A stretch of 64,000 bases of DNA from an uncultured Gammaproteobacteria bacterium (lineage in GTDB: Bacteria; Patescibacteriota; Microgenomatia; Levybacterales; UBA12049): positions 447,555 to 511,554 of the forward strand of contig CAZKJM010000001.1 of assembly GCA_964553245.1 (NCBI GenBank), read 5' to 3'. The translations under genes were made by a program, and so were the position numbers. Of the stretch, positions 38,307-47,831 are shown one piece after another. Numbering within the stretch: position 1 is the first letter of the stretch; each line of letters begins with the position of its first letter. The notes beneath the pieces were generated by a model that was not told where the DNA came from, did no database searches, and saw only the letters and a list, made by a program, of their open reading frames with translations.

Positions 38307-40793
38307 ATGAAACTAGACGGAATTAGAGAAAAAGTATTTTTAGATAGATATGCCTTAAAAGACAAAAAAGGTAATCCTATCGAAAAGACCCCCGATGAAA
38401 TGTGGAGAAGGGTTGCGAAGGGTGTTTCACAAGCAGAAAAAAAATCAGAGCGTACAAAATGGGAGAAAAAATTCTATGAAGCAATGCAGGATTTTAAATT
38501 TGTTCCGGGTGGAAGAATTCTGGCAGGTGCAGGTACAGGCTATCAAGTAACATTCTATAATTGCTTTGTCCTCCCTAGCCCTAAAGATTCAAGAGACGGG
38601 ATTTTAGAAAATCTAAAACATATGACCGAGATTATGGCAAGAGGAGGAGGAGCGGGAATAAATCTTTCTTCTTTAAGACCAAGAGGAGCAAGGGTAAAAA
38701 AGGTAAATGGTTTTTCCTCCGGTCCGATTAATTGGGCAGAGCTTTATTCCATAACCACAAAAGACATAATTCAACAAGGAGGTTCAAGAAGAGGAGCATT
38801 AATGTTAATGCTTTGGGATTGGCATCCGGATATTGAAGAATTTATTACGGTAAAACAGGATCTTACTAAAATTAACGGCGCTAATTTATCCGTTTGTGTT
38901 TCCGATAAATTTATGGAGGCAGTTAAAAAAGATGAAGATTGGGATTTAGTTTTTCCGGATATTGACGACAAAGATTACGATGAAAAATGGGACGGAAACT
39001 TGGAAACTTGGAAATCTCTAAAGAAAAAAGTAAAAGTTTTTAAAACAATAAAAGCAAGACATCTTTGGGATTTAATTTGTGAAGCTGCATGGAGATCTGC
39101 AGAGCCGGGAATCGTTTTTATGGAAAGATATAATAAATGGTATAACAACTGGTATTGGAATAAAGTTAATTGTACAAATCCTTGCGGCGAAGAAGGATTG
39201 CCCGCTTGGGGAGTTTGTAATTTAAGCTCTTTAAATCTCTCAGCCTTTGTAAAAGGATATTCTGTAGATAAAGCAGGAGAGATGGACTATAAATCATTAG
39301 CGGAATACGCAAAAATTGGCGTTAGACTGCAGGACGATGTTATAGATATGGATTCCTACGCTTTTCCTCAAATCAGACAAGTTCAGGTAAATGGAGAAAG
39401 AAGAATTGGGCTTGGCACAATGGGGCTTGGAGACGCTTTAATAAAAATGCATCTTCGCTATGGAACAGAAGAATCCTTAAAAGTCATCGAGAAAATTTTT
39501 AAAACAATAAGGGACGCTGCTTATGAGGTGTCATCTGAGCTTGCAAAAGAAAAAGGTGTATTTCCTAAGTTTAACAGTCAAAAATATACAAAGGGCTATT
39601 TTATTAAAAAGTTACCAAAAGAATTAAGAACAAAAATTAAGAAACAGGGTATTAGGAATTCTCTTTTGCTTCAAGCGGCGCCAACTGGATCAACCAGTCT
39701 TTTATCGGGAGTATCATCGGGAATAGAGCCGATTTATGAATTTGAATTTATTAGAAAAGACAGGCTTGGAGAGCACAAAATTTATCACCATCTGTATGAA
39801 GAATGGAAAAATGCCCATCCGGATTTATCGGAAAGCGAAAAGCCTGAATACTTTGTTTCTGCAAACGATCTTACTCCCGCAGATCATGTAAAAGTTCAAG
39901 GAACAATCCAAAAATATGTAGATGCTTCCATTTCCAAAACAGTTAACGCTCCAAGGACACATACAGTTAATGATGTAAAAAATCTTTATATGATGGCTTA
40001 TGAAGAAGGTTGTAAGGGAATTGCTTATATGAGGGAAGGATCAAGAGAAGGAGTTTTGGTTAGAAAAGAGGATAAAAAAGAAGAATTAGCTAATTTACAA
40101 GCCGGCGGAGAAAGAACTGCGCCAAAAAATACAATTACACCAAGACCGTATATGGTAGAAGGAGTGACTTATAAAACAGAAACCCCTGTTGGGCAAACGT
40201 ATATAACCATAAATCATGATGAGTGTAAGGAGCCGTTTGAGATATTTATAACCGTTGGAAAATCCGGTTCAGACGTTGCTGCAATGGCGGATGGATTAGG
40301 AAGAATGATTTCTTTATTTCTAAGACTTAACGGACATCTTTCTTCAAGAGAAAGAGTAAAGCAGGTTATAGCGCAATTAATCGGAATCGGTGGTGCAAAA
40401 AGCGTTGGCTTTGGAGATAAAAGAGTAAGATCATTGCCGGATGCGGTTGCCAAAGTTTTAGCAAGGCACTTTTCTTTTAGAGTTAACGGTGTAGTTGAAG
40501 ATAAGCCTCGTACTTTGCATGCAAACGGAGCTTCTAATCAAAATGGTCATAAAAATGGATTAATGAATGGGCACACTTTACCAGTAAATAATATTGCTTC
40601 TTCGGAAAAACAGGATGATCAGCCAATTGTAGTTATGAAACAACTTACTTTGGAAACGCAAGAGGGTAATCTTTCATCCTCGGAAGGTGTCTCCACAGGG
40701 CTTTTTGATATTTGTCCGGATTGTGGAAGTGGAAGCTTAGCTTACGAAGAAGGCTGTAGAAAATGCTACAGTTGTGGATATTCAGAGTGTTAA
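38307..40793 (+). CDS. nrdJ: Class II (adenosylcobalamin-dependent) ribonucleotide reductase with TSCPD domain
   Basis: NCFV, TNPCGE, CNL, APTGS, SISKTVN; C-terminal TSCPD region and CPDC..EEGC.KC..CGYSEC. Confidence 0.93.
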   Translation: MKLDGIREKVFLDRYALKDKKGNPIEKTPDEMWRRVAKGVSQAEKKSERTKWEKKFYEAMQDFKFVPGGRILAGAGTGYQVTFYNCFVLPSPKDSRDGILENLKHMTEIMARGGGAGINLSSLRPRGARVKKVNGFSSGPINWAELYSITTKDIIQQGGSRRGALMLMLWDWHPDIEEFITVKQDLTKINGANLSVCVSDKFMEAVKKDEDWDLVFPDIDDKDYDEKWDGNLETWKSLKKKVKVFKTIKARHLWDLICEAAWRSAEPGIVFMERYNKWYNNWYWNKVNCTNPCGEEGLPAWGVCNLSSLNLSAFVKGYSVDKAGEMDYKSLAEYAKIGVRLQDDVIDMDSYAFPQIRQVQVNGERRIGLGTMGLGDALIKMHLRYGTEESLKVIEKIFKTIRDAAYEVSSELAKEKGVFPKFNSQKYTKGYFIKKLPKELRTKIKKQGIRNSLLLQAAPTGSTSLLSGVSSGIEPIYEFEFIRKDRLGEHKIYHHLYEEWKNAHPDLSESEKPEYFVSANDLTPADHVKVQGTIQKYVDASISKTVNAPRTHTVNDVKNLYMMAYEEGCKGIAYMREGSREGVLVRKEDKKEELANLQAGGERTAPKNTITPRPYMVEGVTYKTETPVGQTYITINHDECKEPFEIFITVGKSGSDVAAMADGLGRMISLFLRLNGHLSSRERVKQVIAQLIGIGGAKSVGFGDKRVRSLPDAVAKVLARHFSFRVNGVVEDKPRTLHANGASNQNGHKNGLMNGHTLPVNNIASSEKQDDQPIVVMKQLTLETQEGNLSSSEGVSTGLFDICPDCGSGSLAYEEGCRKCYSCGYSEC

Positions 40794-40796
40794 CTA

Positions 40797-40895
40797 GTGC
40801 ATAGGTAATTGCCGTTAAATTCGGCAGCAGTGCCGCTACTGTAAATTCCGCGAAGCCTCTTGGGCAAAGTGGAATAAAGCCAGAAAACTATGTAC
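40797..40895 (+). ncRNA. Cobalamin riboswitch aptamer (short form)
   Basis: GTGCATAG/CTATGTAC closing helix, GCCG-TTAAATT-CGGC T-loop hairpin, GCCGCTACTGTAA, AAGCCAGAA; lies between nrdJ and the adenosyltransferase. Confidence 0.8.
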
Positions 40896-40939
40896 GTTCG
40901 CCAAAAGGCGGATGTTTCCCGAGCAGGAATTTTTTTGTA

Positions 40940-40975
40940 AAAAACCTCCTCGGGATTACCTAGGGAGGATTTTTT
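40940..40975 (+). terminator. Terminator / RBS-sequestering hairpin of the riboswitch expression platform
   Basis: CCTCCTCGG..CTAGGGAGG followed by a T-run; the 3' arm contains the GGAGG RBS. Confidence 0.65.
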
Positions 40976-41533
40976 ATGGTTAAACAGATTCACCGCGAGT
41001 TTAAAATATATACAAAAAGGGGGGACAAGGGTTTTACCTATCTTTTTAATGGCAAAAAAATTAAAAAAGACAATAATAGAGTGCAAGCTTATGGGAATAT
41101 TGATGAATTAAATTCAATAGTAGGAATTTTAATTGCCTTTTTAAGAGATAAGCAACTAAAAAAAGAGTTGATCTGTGTTCAAAAAGATTTGTTTTTAGTA
41201 GGTGGGTATTTAGCAAAATCAATTGGTAGAGAAATAGAGATACTTAATAAAAGAACAAAAGAGATAGAACTGCTAATCGATAAATTATCGGTAAAACTTC
41301 CCAAAATTACTTCTTTTATATTACCAGGGGGTACAATAGAGGCTTCGTTTATGCATTTTGCAAGAACTGTTTGTAGAAGATCGGAAAGAAGTGTCGTTTT
41401 ATTGTCCAAAAAAGAAACCGTAGAAAAAACAGTGATTGTTTATTTGAATAGGCTTTCAGACGCCCTTTTTATAATGGCTAGATTTATAAATTTTAAAGAA
41501 GGGAAAAAAGAGGAGGTCTGGAAAACAAAATGA
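40976..41533 (+). CDS. PduO-type ATP:cob(I)alamin adenosyltransferase
   Basis: KIYTKRGDKG.T, AYGNIDELNS, FILPGG, ARTVCRRSER, YLNRLSD. Confidence 0.93.
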   Translation: MVKQIHREFKIYTKRGDKGFTYLFNGKKIKKDNNRVQAYGNIDELNSIVGILIAFLRDKQLKKELICVQKDLFLVGGYLAKSIGREIEILNKRTKEIELLIDKLSVKLPKITSFILPGGTIEASFMHFARTVCRRSERSVVLLSKKETVEKTVIVYLNRLSDALFIMARFINFKEGKKEEVWKTK

Positions 41534-42600
41534 AAGAAAAAATTGCCGGATCAATTGCGTTTAGATTAGAATATCAGCCACAAGTATTGGAAAAGGAAAT
41601 AAGAGAAGACGTAATTTCTTATCTTTGGGAATACCGTTTTAGTGGTCAAAAATATGATTATTCCCTTTCTTTTACAGACGGAAAAATAACAGATATCCAT
41701 AGGGGGGAATCGATGGTGGTTAAGGGAGAAAGAGCAGTTGAGGACAGGAAAATCCGAGGATTATCCACAACAAGAGAAGAAGCGGAATTGGTTGGCATTA
41801 AAAGATTAGAAGACCAACTTAGTTTATTAAAAAACGAGGGAACAATCATTTGGGCAAGTCCTCCTGGATCAACGGAAGATGGATATGGTGATTATGGATT
41901 TTTATATGTCGGTAAAGTTAGATCGGATGATTCTAGTAATAAAGAAATAACAATGACTGCTATAAGAGTGGAGAGTCCGACTGTAAAAGGTTTTAATGAA
42001 GTTTTTTCCGATTTATTAAAGGATAAAGTAGAGGCAAAAAATCCAGAAGATTTTATTTCTGCGCCGCTTGTTTTAGAAAGACAAATGGATATTGGTCATA
42101 TTGAAGAAATTTTGCATAAGGTTTTTTTATACGAAGAAAAGACAAAAGAAAAAGAATTATTTAAAAGAGTTTTAAAAAGACTGAATCCATTAATTACTGA
42201 TTTTACAAATTTTTATGGAAAGGCAAGTCCTGAGGAAAGACAAAAAGCGTTATATGCATTAGAGAATTATGCACTTATTTTAAAGGCTGAAGAAAATGTT
42301 TTGGATAAAGAAAATGTAATTTATGTAAGTCAAAAACAAGAGCAAAGCCTGGTAGCAATTATGCCTGTCTTGGGTTACGAACCGCCGAAGGTTCTTGGCA
42401 GTTGTGGAAGTACCAAAACAGAGAGCAATAATATCTTTGGACCAAAAACTATTTTAAATTCACTTTTAGAAGATGATAATTACGGATCAAGAGCGTTTAA
42501 GTGTCCAAGGTGCGGACAAGTTAATATTAGACCAAAAAATGAGCTTGTAAGTCATTGTCAGTATTGTGGAAGCAATGAGGTAAGTTGTTCTAATTCATAG
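41530..42600 (+). CDS. Hypothetical protein with C-terminal zinc ribbon
   Basis: IIWASPP, GSCG, CPRC..CQYC. Confidence 0.7.
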   Translation: MKEKIAGSIAFRLEYQPQVLEKEIREDVISYLWEYRFSGQKYDYSLSFTDGKITDIHRGESMVVKGERAVEDRKIRGLSTTREEAELVGIKRLEDQLSLLKNEGTIIWASPPGSTEDGYGDYGFLYVGKVRSDDSSNKEITMTAIRVESPTVKGFNEVFSDLLKDKVEAKNPEDFISAPLVLERQMDIGHIEEILHKVFLYEEKTKEKELFKRVLKRLNPLITDFTNFYGKASPEERQKALYALENYALILKAEENVLDKENVIYVSQKQEQSLVAIMPVLGYEPPKVLGSCGSTKTESNNIFGPKTILNSLLEDDNYGSRAFKCPRCGQVNIRPKNELVSHCQYCGSNEVSCSNS

Positions 42601-42639
42601 GTTTGTTTAACCTCTTTTTTAATGCTATTATGATTATGT

Positions 42640-43053
42640 ATGGATGATGTTCAACGAAATTCCCAAAATTCGCAAGCTAGCAGCCATATGCAGCCGTTTA
42701 GTTCAATGCATAAAGAGCAAGCGCCGATTTCGGAAATCGGAAATGTCAGCGATTTTTTATCTCACGCGGAAAAGGGGCCTGAATTAGATGATGACCTAAA
42801 GAGAGCTGGAGTGGAAAAAGCCGGCGAGAGATTTGAATTATCAAAGGAGCATAATGATTTTGGAATAGAAGACGCAAAAGAATCAATTAAGCCGCATTTG
42901 GAACCAAAAGGAACAGTAAAAATATTAACTAACGATGAAGCAACGCAAATAGATAAAAAAGATAAAAATACAGAAGATTCAATAAAATGGCTAGCTAGAC
43001 TACGTTTAAAAATTCAAAAAGTGTGGCAAAATATAAGAGGAAATAAAATTTAA
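42640..43053 (+). CDS. Hypothetical protein upstream of the VirD4-like gene
   Basis: ORF with DSIKWLA C-terminal motif. Confidence 0.65.
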   Translation: MDDVQRNSQNSQASSHMQPFSSMHKEQAPISEIGNVSDFLSHAEKGPELDDDLKRAGVEKAGERFELSKEHNDFGIEDAKESIKPHLEPKGTVKILTNDEATQIDKKDKNTEDSIKWLARLRLKIQKVWQNIRGNKI

Positions 43054-43057
43054 ATTT

Positions 43058-45427
43058 ATGATAGAAGCTCTCACCATGGAAAATTTAGTTCCATCATTAA
43101 TATTATTTGGAGCTTATGCTTTAGCAATAACGGTTTTAGTATTTTTCATAGCGTTTGTAGCCTACTCGTTGTTTATTTTATATAAAAACAGAAATAGGGA
43201 AAAAGATGCGCTTAATTCAACGCTTCTTCAGGTTTCACTAACCAGAGATAATGAGGTTAAAATTGATGCTGCAGAACAGCTTTTTGCATCTTTAGCATCG
43301 GTCAGAAAAGGAGGAAAATTAAGTTTTTTAAAACCTCAACCCCATTTTTCTTTTGAGATTGTCGGAATACCCGGGGACATCAGTTTTTATATTTATACCC
43401 CGAATAAACTAAAGGATTTAATCGAGAAGCAAATAAATGGTGCTTATCCAGAAGCGGAAATAAAAGTTGTTGATGAAAAAACGCAAAAAGAGGGATATGT
43501 AATCGGTAATGAATATAATATTTTCTCCAAAGAAGGAAAAGTTGCCTTTACTTCCCTTAAGCTTAAAACTTCAAATTATTATCCAATAAAAGTTTTTAAA
43601 GATTTACCTGTTGATCCTTTGTCTTCTATTACATCAGTCTTGGCAAAAATGACCGAAGGAGAAGGAGCTGCAATTCAAGTTTTATTTAGTCCGGTAGATG
43701 GAAAATGGAAAAAAATGGGAAGGGGATATATTTCCCGAACTAAAAAAGGAGAGGCAAATCCGGAAACGGCTAAATATTCGGCAGACTCTAAAGAGCTGGA
43801 AGCAGTAGAAAACAAAATATCAAAAACGGGTTTTGATACGGTTATAAGAATTGTAGTTTCCTCAAGCACAAAAGAAGCTGCAAGTGCTCATCTTAGCAAT
43901 ATTATAACCAGCTTTGGCCAGTTTAACGGAATAAACTCTTTTACTAAAAATAAACATAGGCTTAAAGGTTTGTTTATGAATGATTTTATTTACCGTTTTA
44001 TGCCAATGTATGGTCAGACTTCGGTGTTGTCGAATGAAGAACTGGCAACGGTTTTCCATTTTCCGAACAAATCGGTAACAACGCCTCATATTCATTGGCT
44101 AAATTCCAAAAGGGCACCAGCTCCTGCACAAATACCTGATAACGGTCTTTTTTTGGGAAGAAGTACTTATAGAGGCTTGTCAAAGCCGGTTTACATGCAA
44201 AGAGACGATAGAAGACGCCATATGTACGTTATTGGAAAAACCGGTGTTGGAAAATCCGAGTTTTTAAAAGATATGATTTTGCAGGATATTAGAAATGGAG
44301 AAGGGGTTTGTTTTATAGATCCTCACGATACAATTGATAAATTACTTCCTCTGATTCCGCCGGAGCGTGCAGAAGACGTAATCCTTTTTGAGCCTTCGGA
44401 TACAGATAGACCAATGGGGCTAAATATGTTAGAAGCACAAACAGAAGACCAGAAACATTATGTTGTTTCGTCGATAATAGGCCTTATGTATAAACTTTAT
44501 GATCCAAATAAAACCGGAATTATCGGACCAAGGTTTGAGCACGCAATAAGAAATGCAATGCTAACAGTAATGTCAGAACCGGGAAATACTTTTGTAGAAG
44601 TAGTAAGGGCTTTAACAGATTCCAGTTTTGTAGAAGAATTATTGCCAAAAGTACAGGATCCAATGGTAAGAAGATATTGGACAGATCAAATTGCTCAAAC
44701 ATCGGATTTTCATAAATCAGAAGTTTTAGATTATATTGTTTCTAAGTTCAGTAGATTCGTAAGCAATAAAATGATGAGAAACATTATTGGTCAGTCTGAA
44801 TCTGCTTTTAATTTTAGAAAAGTAATGGATGAGGGTAAAATTCTTTTAATTTCTTTATCAAAAGGAAGAATTGGGGAAGAGAATTCAAGCTTTTTAGGAC
44901 TCGTTTTAGTGCCAAAGATTTTAGTTGCCGCAATGAGCAGGCAGGATATTCCGGAAGAAAAAAGAAGGGACTTTTATTTATACGTTGATGAGTTTCAAAA
45001 TTTTGCAACGCCTGATTTTGCCCAAATACTTTCAGAGGCAAGAAAATACAGGCTTAATTTAACGGTTGCTAACCAGTTTATCGGTCAAATGGACGAGGAG
45101 GTAAAAAACGCAATTTTTGGAAACGTTGGTTCTCTTGTTTCATTTAGAGTTGGTGTAACAGATGCTAATTATCTTCAACATGAATTCCAACCTGTATTTA
45201 CAGAAGCAGATCTTATTAATGTAGACAGGTTTAATGCTTATATAAAAACGGTTGTCGGTGGAGAACCTGTTTTGCCTTTTTCAATTGATCTAACTCGTGA
45301 TATGACAAAAGAAAAACAGACCGAAAATCCAAGAGTAGCAGAATTAATTCGTGAGCTTTCAAGATTAAAATATGGTCACGATGTTACCACCGTAGAGCAG
45401 CAAATTGCCCAAAGGGCAAGATTGTAA
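43058..45427 (+). CDS. VirD4/TraD-like type IV coupling ATPase
   Basis: N-terminal TM helix, DRRRHMYVIGKTGVGKS, FIDPH, LYVDEFQNF, SEARKYRL..ANQ. Confidence 0.88.
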   Translation: MIEALTMENLVPSLILFGAYALAITVLVFFIAFVAYSLFILYKNRNREKDALNSTLLQVSLTRDNEVKIDAAEQLFASLASVRKGGKLSFLKPQPHFSFEIVGIPGDISFYIYTPNKLKDLIEKQINGAYPEAEIKVVDEKTQKEGYVIGNEYNIFSKEGKVAFTSLKLKTSNYYPIKVFKDLPVDPLSSITSVLAKMTEGEGAAIQVLFSPVDGKWKKMGRGYISRTKKGEANPETAKYSADSKELEAVENKISKTGFDTVIRIVVSSSTKEAASAHLSNIITSFGQFNGINSFTKNKHRLKGLFMNDFIYRFMPMYGQTSVLSNEELATVFHFPNKSVTTPHIHWLNSKRAPAPAQIPDNGLFLGRSTYRGLSKPVYMQRDDRRRHMYVIGKTGVGKSEFLKDMILQDIRNGEGVCFIDPHDTIDKLLPLIPPERAEDVILFEPSDTDRPMGLNMLEAQTEDQKHYVVSSIIGLMYKLYDPNKTGIIGPRFEHAIRNAMLTVMSEPGNTFVEVVRALTDSSFVEELLPKVQDPMVRRYWTDQIAQTSDFHKSEVLDYIVSKFSRFVSNKMMRNIIGQSESAFNFRKVMDEGKILLISLSKGRIGEENSSFLGLVLVPKILVAAMSRQDIPEEKRRDFYLYVDEFQNFATPDFAQILSEARKYRLNLTVANQFIGQMDEEVKNAIFGNVGSLVSFRVGVTDANYLQHEFQPVFTEADLINVDRFNAYIKTVVGGEPVLPFSIDLTRDMTKEKQTENPRVAELIRELSRLKYGHDVTTVEQQIAQRARL

Positions 45428-45488
45428 TATACACCTGATAGGTTAAATTCTTTTGATACGTCTTGTTTTGTGCTAAAATTACTCGGAA

Positions 45489-45560
45489 GCGTCTGTAGCT
45501 CAGTGGCAGAGCGCTACTCTTATAAAGTAGATGTCCTTGGTTCGAACCCAAGCAGACGCA
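45489..45560 (+). tRNA. tRNA-Ile(TAT)
   Basis: GCGTCTG/CAGACGC acceptor stem, CTACT-CT-TAT-AA-AGTAG anticodon arm, GTTCGAACC, A73. Confidence 0.9.
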
Positions 45561-45563
45561 CAA

Positions 45564-46424
45564 TTAAAGCTCTGAGAGGATGTTTGTTTCTTTGCCGCGT
45601 TCTGGTACGTATTGAAGATATCTTTCGGTTGTAGAAAGCCTTTTATGACCCAAGAGCTTAGAAAGCATTACTAAAGAAACACCGTGTTTTAAATGATGTG
45701 CAACAAAAGTGTGTCTTAAATCATTTACTTTTGCCCCTTTAATTTCTGCTAATCTAAAGTATCTTTCGACCGCAGTCCTAATGTTTCTGATTAAAAATGG
45801 TTTTCCGGATTTAGTTATAAACAAAGTGTTTTCGGTTGCCTTTGGTCTTACTTCTAAATATTTTTCCAAAGCGTCTTTTGCTCTTTTATTAAGCGGCACT
45901 GTTCTTTCTTCGTGTTTTTCAAAAGGTGCAATATGAAGACTATCCTTTTGCATATCAGATAATGTTAAAGCTGCTAATTCTCCGATTCTAATTCCGGTTT
46001 GAAGCAATAATTCGATTACCGCATACATTCTTGCGTCATTTCTTGCAGCGTCTCTTAATGCTCTATACTCGGTTGGGGTAAGGATTCTGGGTGGAGCAAG
46101 TTGGTAGGTTGGGTGAGTAATTAAAAGCGATGGATCATCGGTTATATATTCACTGATTTTTAAAAACCTATAAAAAGTTCTGGTTGAGTTTATTTTTCTA
46201 GAGACCGATTTTGGCGTATAACCATCTTTATTCATTTTTGCCAAAAATGCTTCCAAATCTTCTTTTTTAACATCGTGAACTTGAGCTTTTTGAAGCTCTT
46301 CTAGAAAACCGACAAGCTGGTCAATGTCTTTACCGTAGGCAATAACAGTTGAGTTTGAATGCTTGTTATCCTTTAAATATTTTTTAAACTGTTCGTGGGC
46401 ATCGCGAAGTTTAACTGGTTTCAT
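45564..46424 (-). CDS. XerC/XerD-like tyrosine recombinase
   Basis: SAM-like N-terminal domain, TGIRIGEL, NDLRHTF, LLGH..L.TT.RY. Confidence 0.88.
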   Translation of the reverse strand: MKPVKLRDAHEQFKKYLKDNKHSNSTVIAYGKDIDQLVGFLEELQKAQVHDVKKEDLEAFLAKMNKDGYTPKSVSRKINSTRTFYRFLKISEYITDDPSLLITHPTYQLAPPRILTPTEYRALRDAARNDARMYAVIELLLQTGIRIGELAALTLSDMQKDSLHIAPFEKHEERTVPLNKRAKDALEKYLEVRPKATENTLFITKSGKPFLIRNIRTAVERYFRLAEIKGAKVNDLRHTFVAHHLKHGVSLVMLSKLLGHKRLSTTERYLQYVPERGKETNILSEL

Positions 46425-46527
46425 AATAATATCCTATAATATCACTAAAAATACCTATAGTCAAGGGTATTTTTTACAAAATAATCTAAAAACAGTCAAA
46501 GTATGTTAATATAGTTAAAAGTAGTTC

Positions 46528-46869
46528 ATGAAGAAGATACTATTTGTAGTTACGGTTATAATTCTGCTCTTAATAATTAATAATCTTTCACGCTCAATTT
46601 ATGATTTGTGGAAAAAGCAGGATCTTCTTACTAAAGCTCAGAAAGAGCTTGTAAAAGAACAACAATTAAATCAAAAGCTTAAAGCAGAATTGTCCTTTGC
46701 GAAAACCCGTCAATTTATAGAGGAAGAGGCTAGAAATAAGCTTTTTTTACTAAAACCGGGTGAGCAACAAGTGTTAATTTCCGAAGATCAGCTTAATCTA
46801 GGAAAACAAAAGTCAACAAAACCGGAAATTCCAAATTGGCAAAAATGGTTAAACTTATTTGTAAAATAG
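46528..46869 (+). CDS. Septum formation initiator (FtsB/DivIC-like)
   Basis: TM helix, coiled coil, FIEEEARNKL.L.KPGE. Confidence 0.85.
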   Translation: MKKILFVVTVIILLLIINNLSRSIYDLWKKQDLLTKAQKELVKEQQLNQKLKAELSFAKTRQFIEEEARNKLFLLKPGEQQVLISEDQLNLGKQKSTKPEIPNWQKWLNLFVK

Positions 46870-46873
46870 GCAT

Positions 46874-47659
46874 ATGTTGAAACAAAGAGAAATAATTAAG
46901 AGGGCAGCATTGGAGGCTGGAAAAATAATTTTGGCAACTAAGCCAACGGAAAATGTAAAGGAAAAAGCAGGAAGGGCGAATCTAGTTACAGAAGCGGATC
47001 TTAAAAGCGAAAATGCAATAGTTGAGCTTATAAATCAACACTTTCCCGAAGACTTAATATTGTCAGAAGAAACAAAAAGTAACATCCCAAATCCATTATT
47101 AGCAGAAAAGCTCTGGGTTGTGGACCCAATTGACGGAACAAATAATTTTAGATACGAAAGAAATTATTCTTGTGTTTCAATTGCCTATGCGGAAAAAGGC
47201 GTAGTGCAATTAGGGGTAGTTTATGATCCGTTTAGAGATGAAATGTTTTATGCAGAAAAAATGCAGGGAGCATTTTTAAACGGAAAAAAGATTTTTGTCT
47301 CCAAGTTAAAAGATTTAGCAAGGTCAGTGGTAGCCAGTGATAATTCTTACGAGTCCGAAGGAACCAAGTATAACCTTGAGTTATTTTTAAAATTAAATCC
47401 AGCGCCTTGGTTTTTGATAAAAGGAAGCGCCACTTTAACAATGTGCGAAGTTGCTGCCGGTAGAATTGATCTCTATTTTCACAATTATTTAAAACCATGG
47501 GATAATGCGGCAGCGTTTTTAATAGTTGAGGAAGCAGGCGGAGTAGTAAGAGGTATTAGCGGTAATAATGCAAATTTTATGTCGGAAAGCGTAATTTGTG
47601 GAAACGAAGAACTTGTAAAAAACTTTGTTGCGGGGCTAGGAGTTGCGCCTAGCCTGTGA
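46874..47659 (+). CDS. Inositol monophosphatase family protein
   Basis: VTEAD, WVVDPIDGTNNF, PWDNAA. Confidence 0.92.
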   Translation: MLKQREIIKRAALEAGKIILATKPTENVKEKAGRANLVTEADLKSENAIVELINQHFPEDLILSEETKSNIPNPLLAEKLWVVDPIDGTNNFRYERNYSCVSIAYAEKGVVQLGVVYDPFRDEMFYAEKMQGAFLNGKKIFVSKLKDLARSVVASDNSYESEGTKYNLELFLKLNPAPWFLIKGSATLTMCEVAAGRIDLYFHNYLKPWDNAAAFLIVEEAGGVVRGISGNNANFMSESVICGNEELVKNFVAGLGVAPSL

Positions 47660-47696
47660 GATTATGAGCCTCACGTGCACTGTACACTACCCCGCA
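47628..47696 (-). tRNA. tRNA-Met(CAT), initiator-like, with atypical D and T loops
   Basis: TGCGGGG/CCCCGCA-A acceptor stem, TGAGG-CT-CAT-AA-TCTCA anticodon arm, T arm CTAGG-CGCAACT-CCTAG; overlaps the 3' end of the IMPase gene. Confidence 0.75.
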
Positions 47697-47757
47697 CGTA
47701 AAGCACATTTTAACAGAATTTTGAATTTAGGTCAAAGTTTGCTATACTTGAGGCTAC

Positions 47758-47831
47758 GCCAGGGTAGCTCAGTCGGTTAGAGCACAGCATTCATAACGCT
47801 GAGGTCGTGGGTTCGATCCCCACCTCTGGTA
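47758..47831 (+). tRNA. tRNA-Met(CAT), probably elongator
   Basis: Canonical cloverleaf, CAGCA-TT-CAT-AA-CGCTG, GTTCGATCC. Confidence 0.9.

Noticed and set aside
40490-40700. Intein or insertion in nrdJ
   Set aside because: It is a low-complexity Asn/Gly linker before the terminal zinc ribbon, with no splice-junction or LAGLIDADG motifs
40790-41086. 98-aa minus-strand ORF
   Set aside because: It is antisense to the riboswitch and the adenosyltransferase
45489-47831. Prophage or integrative island at tRNA-Ile
   Set aside because: The flanking genes are housekeeping, and no duplicated att or phage genes are visible
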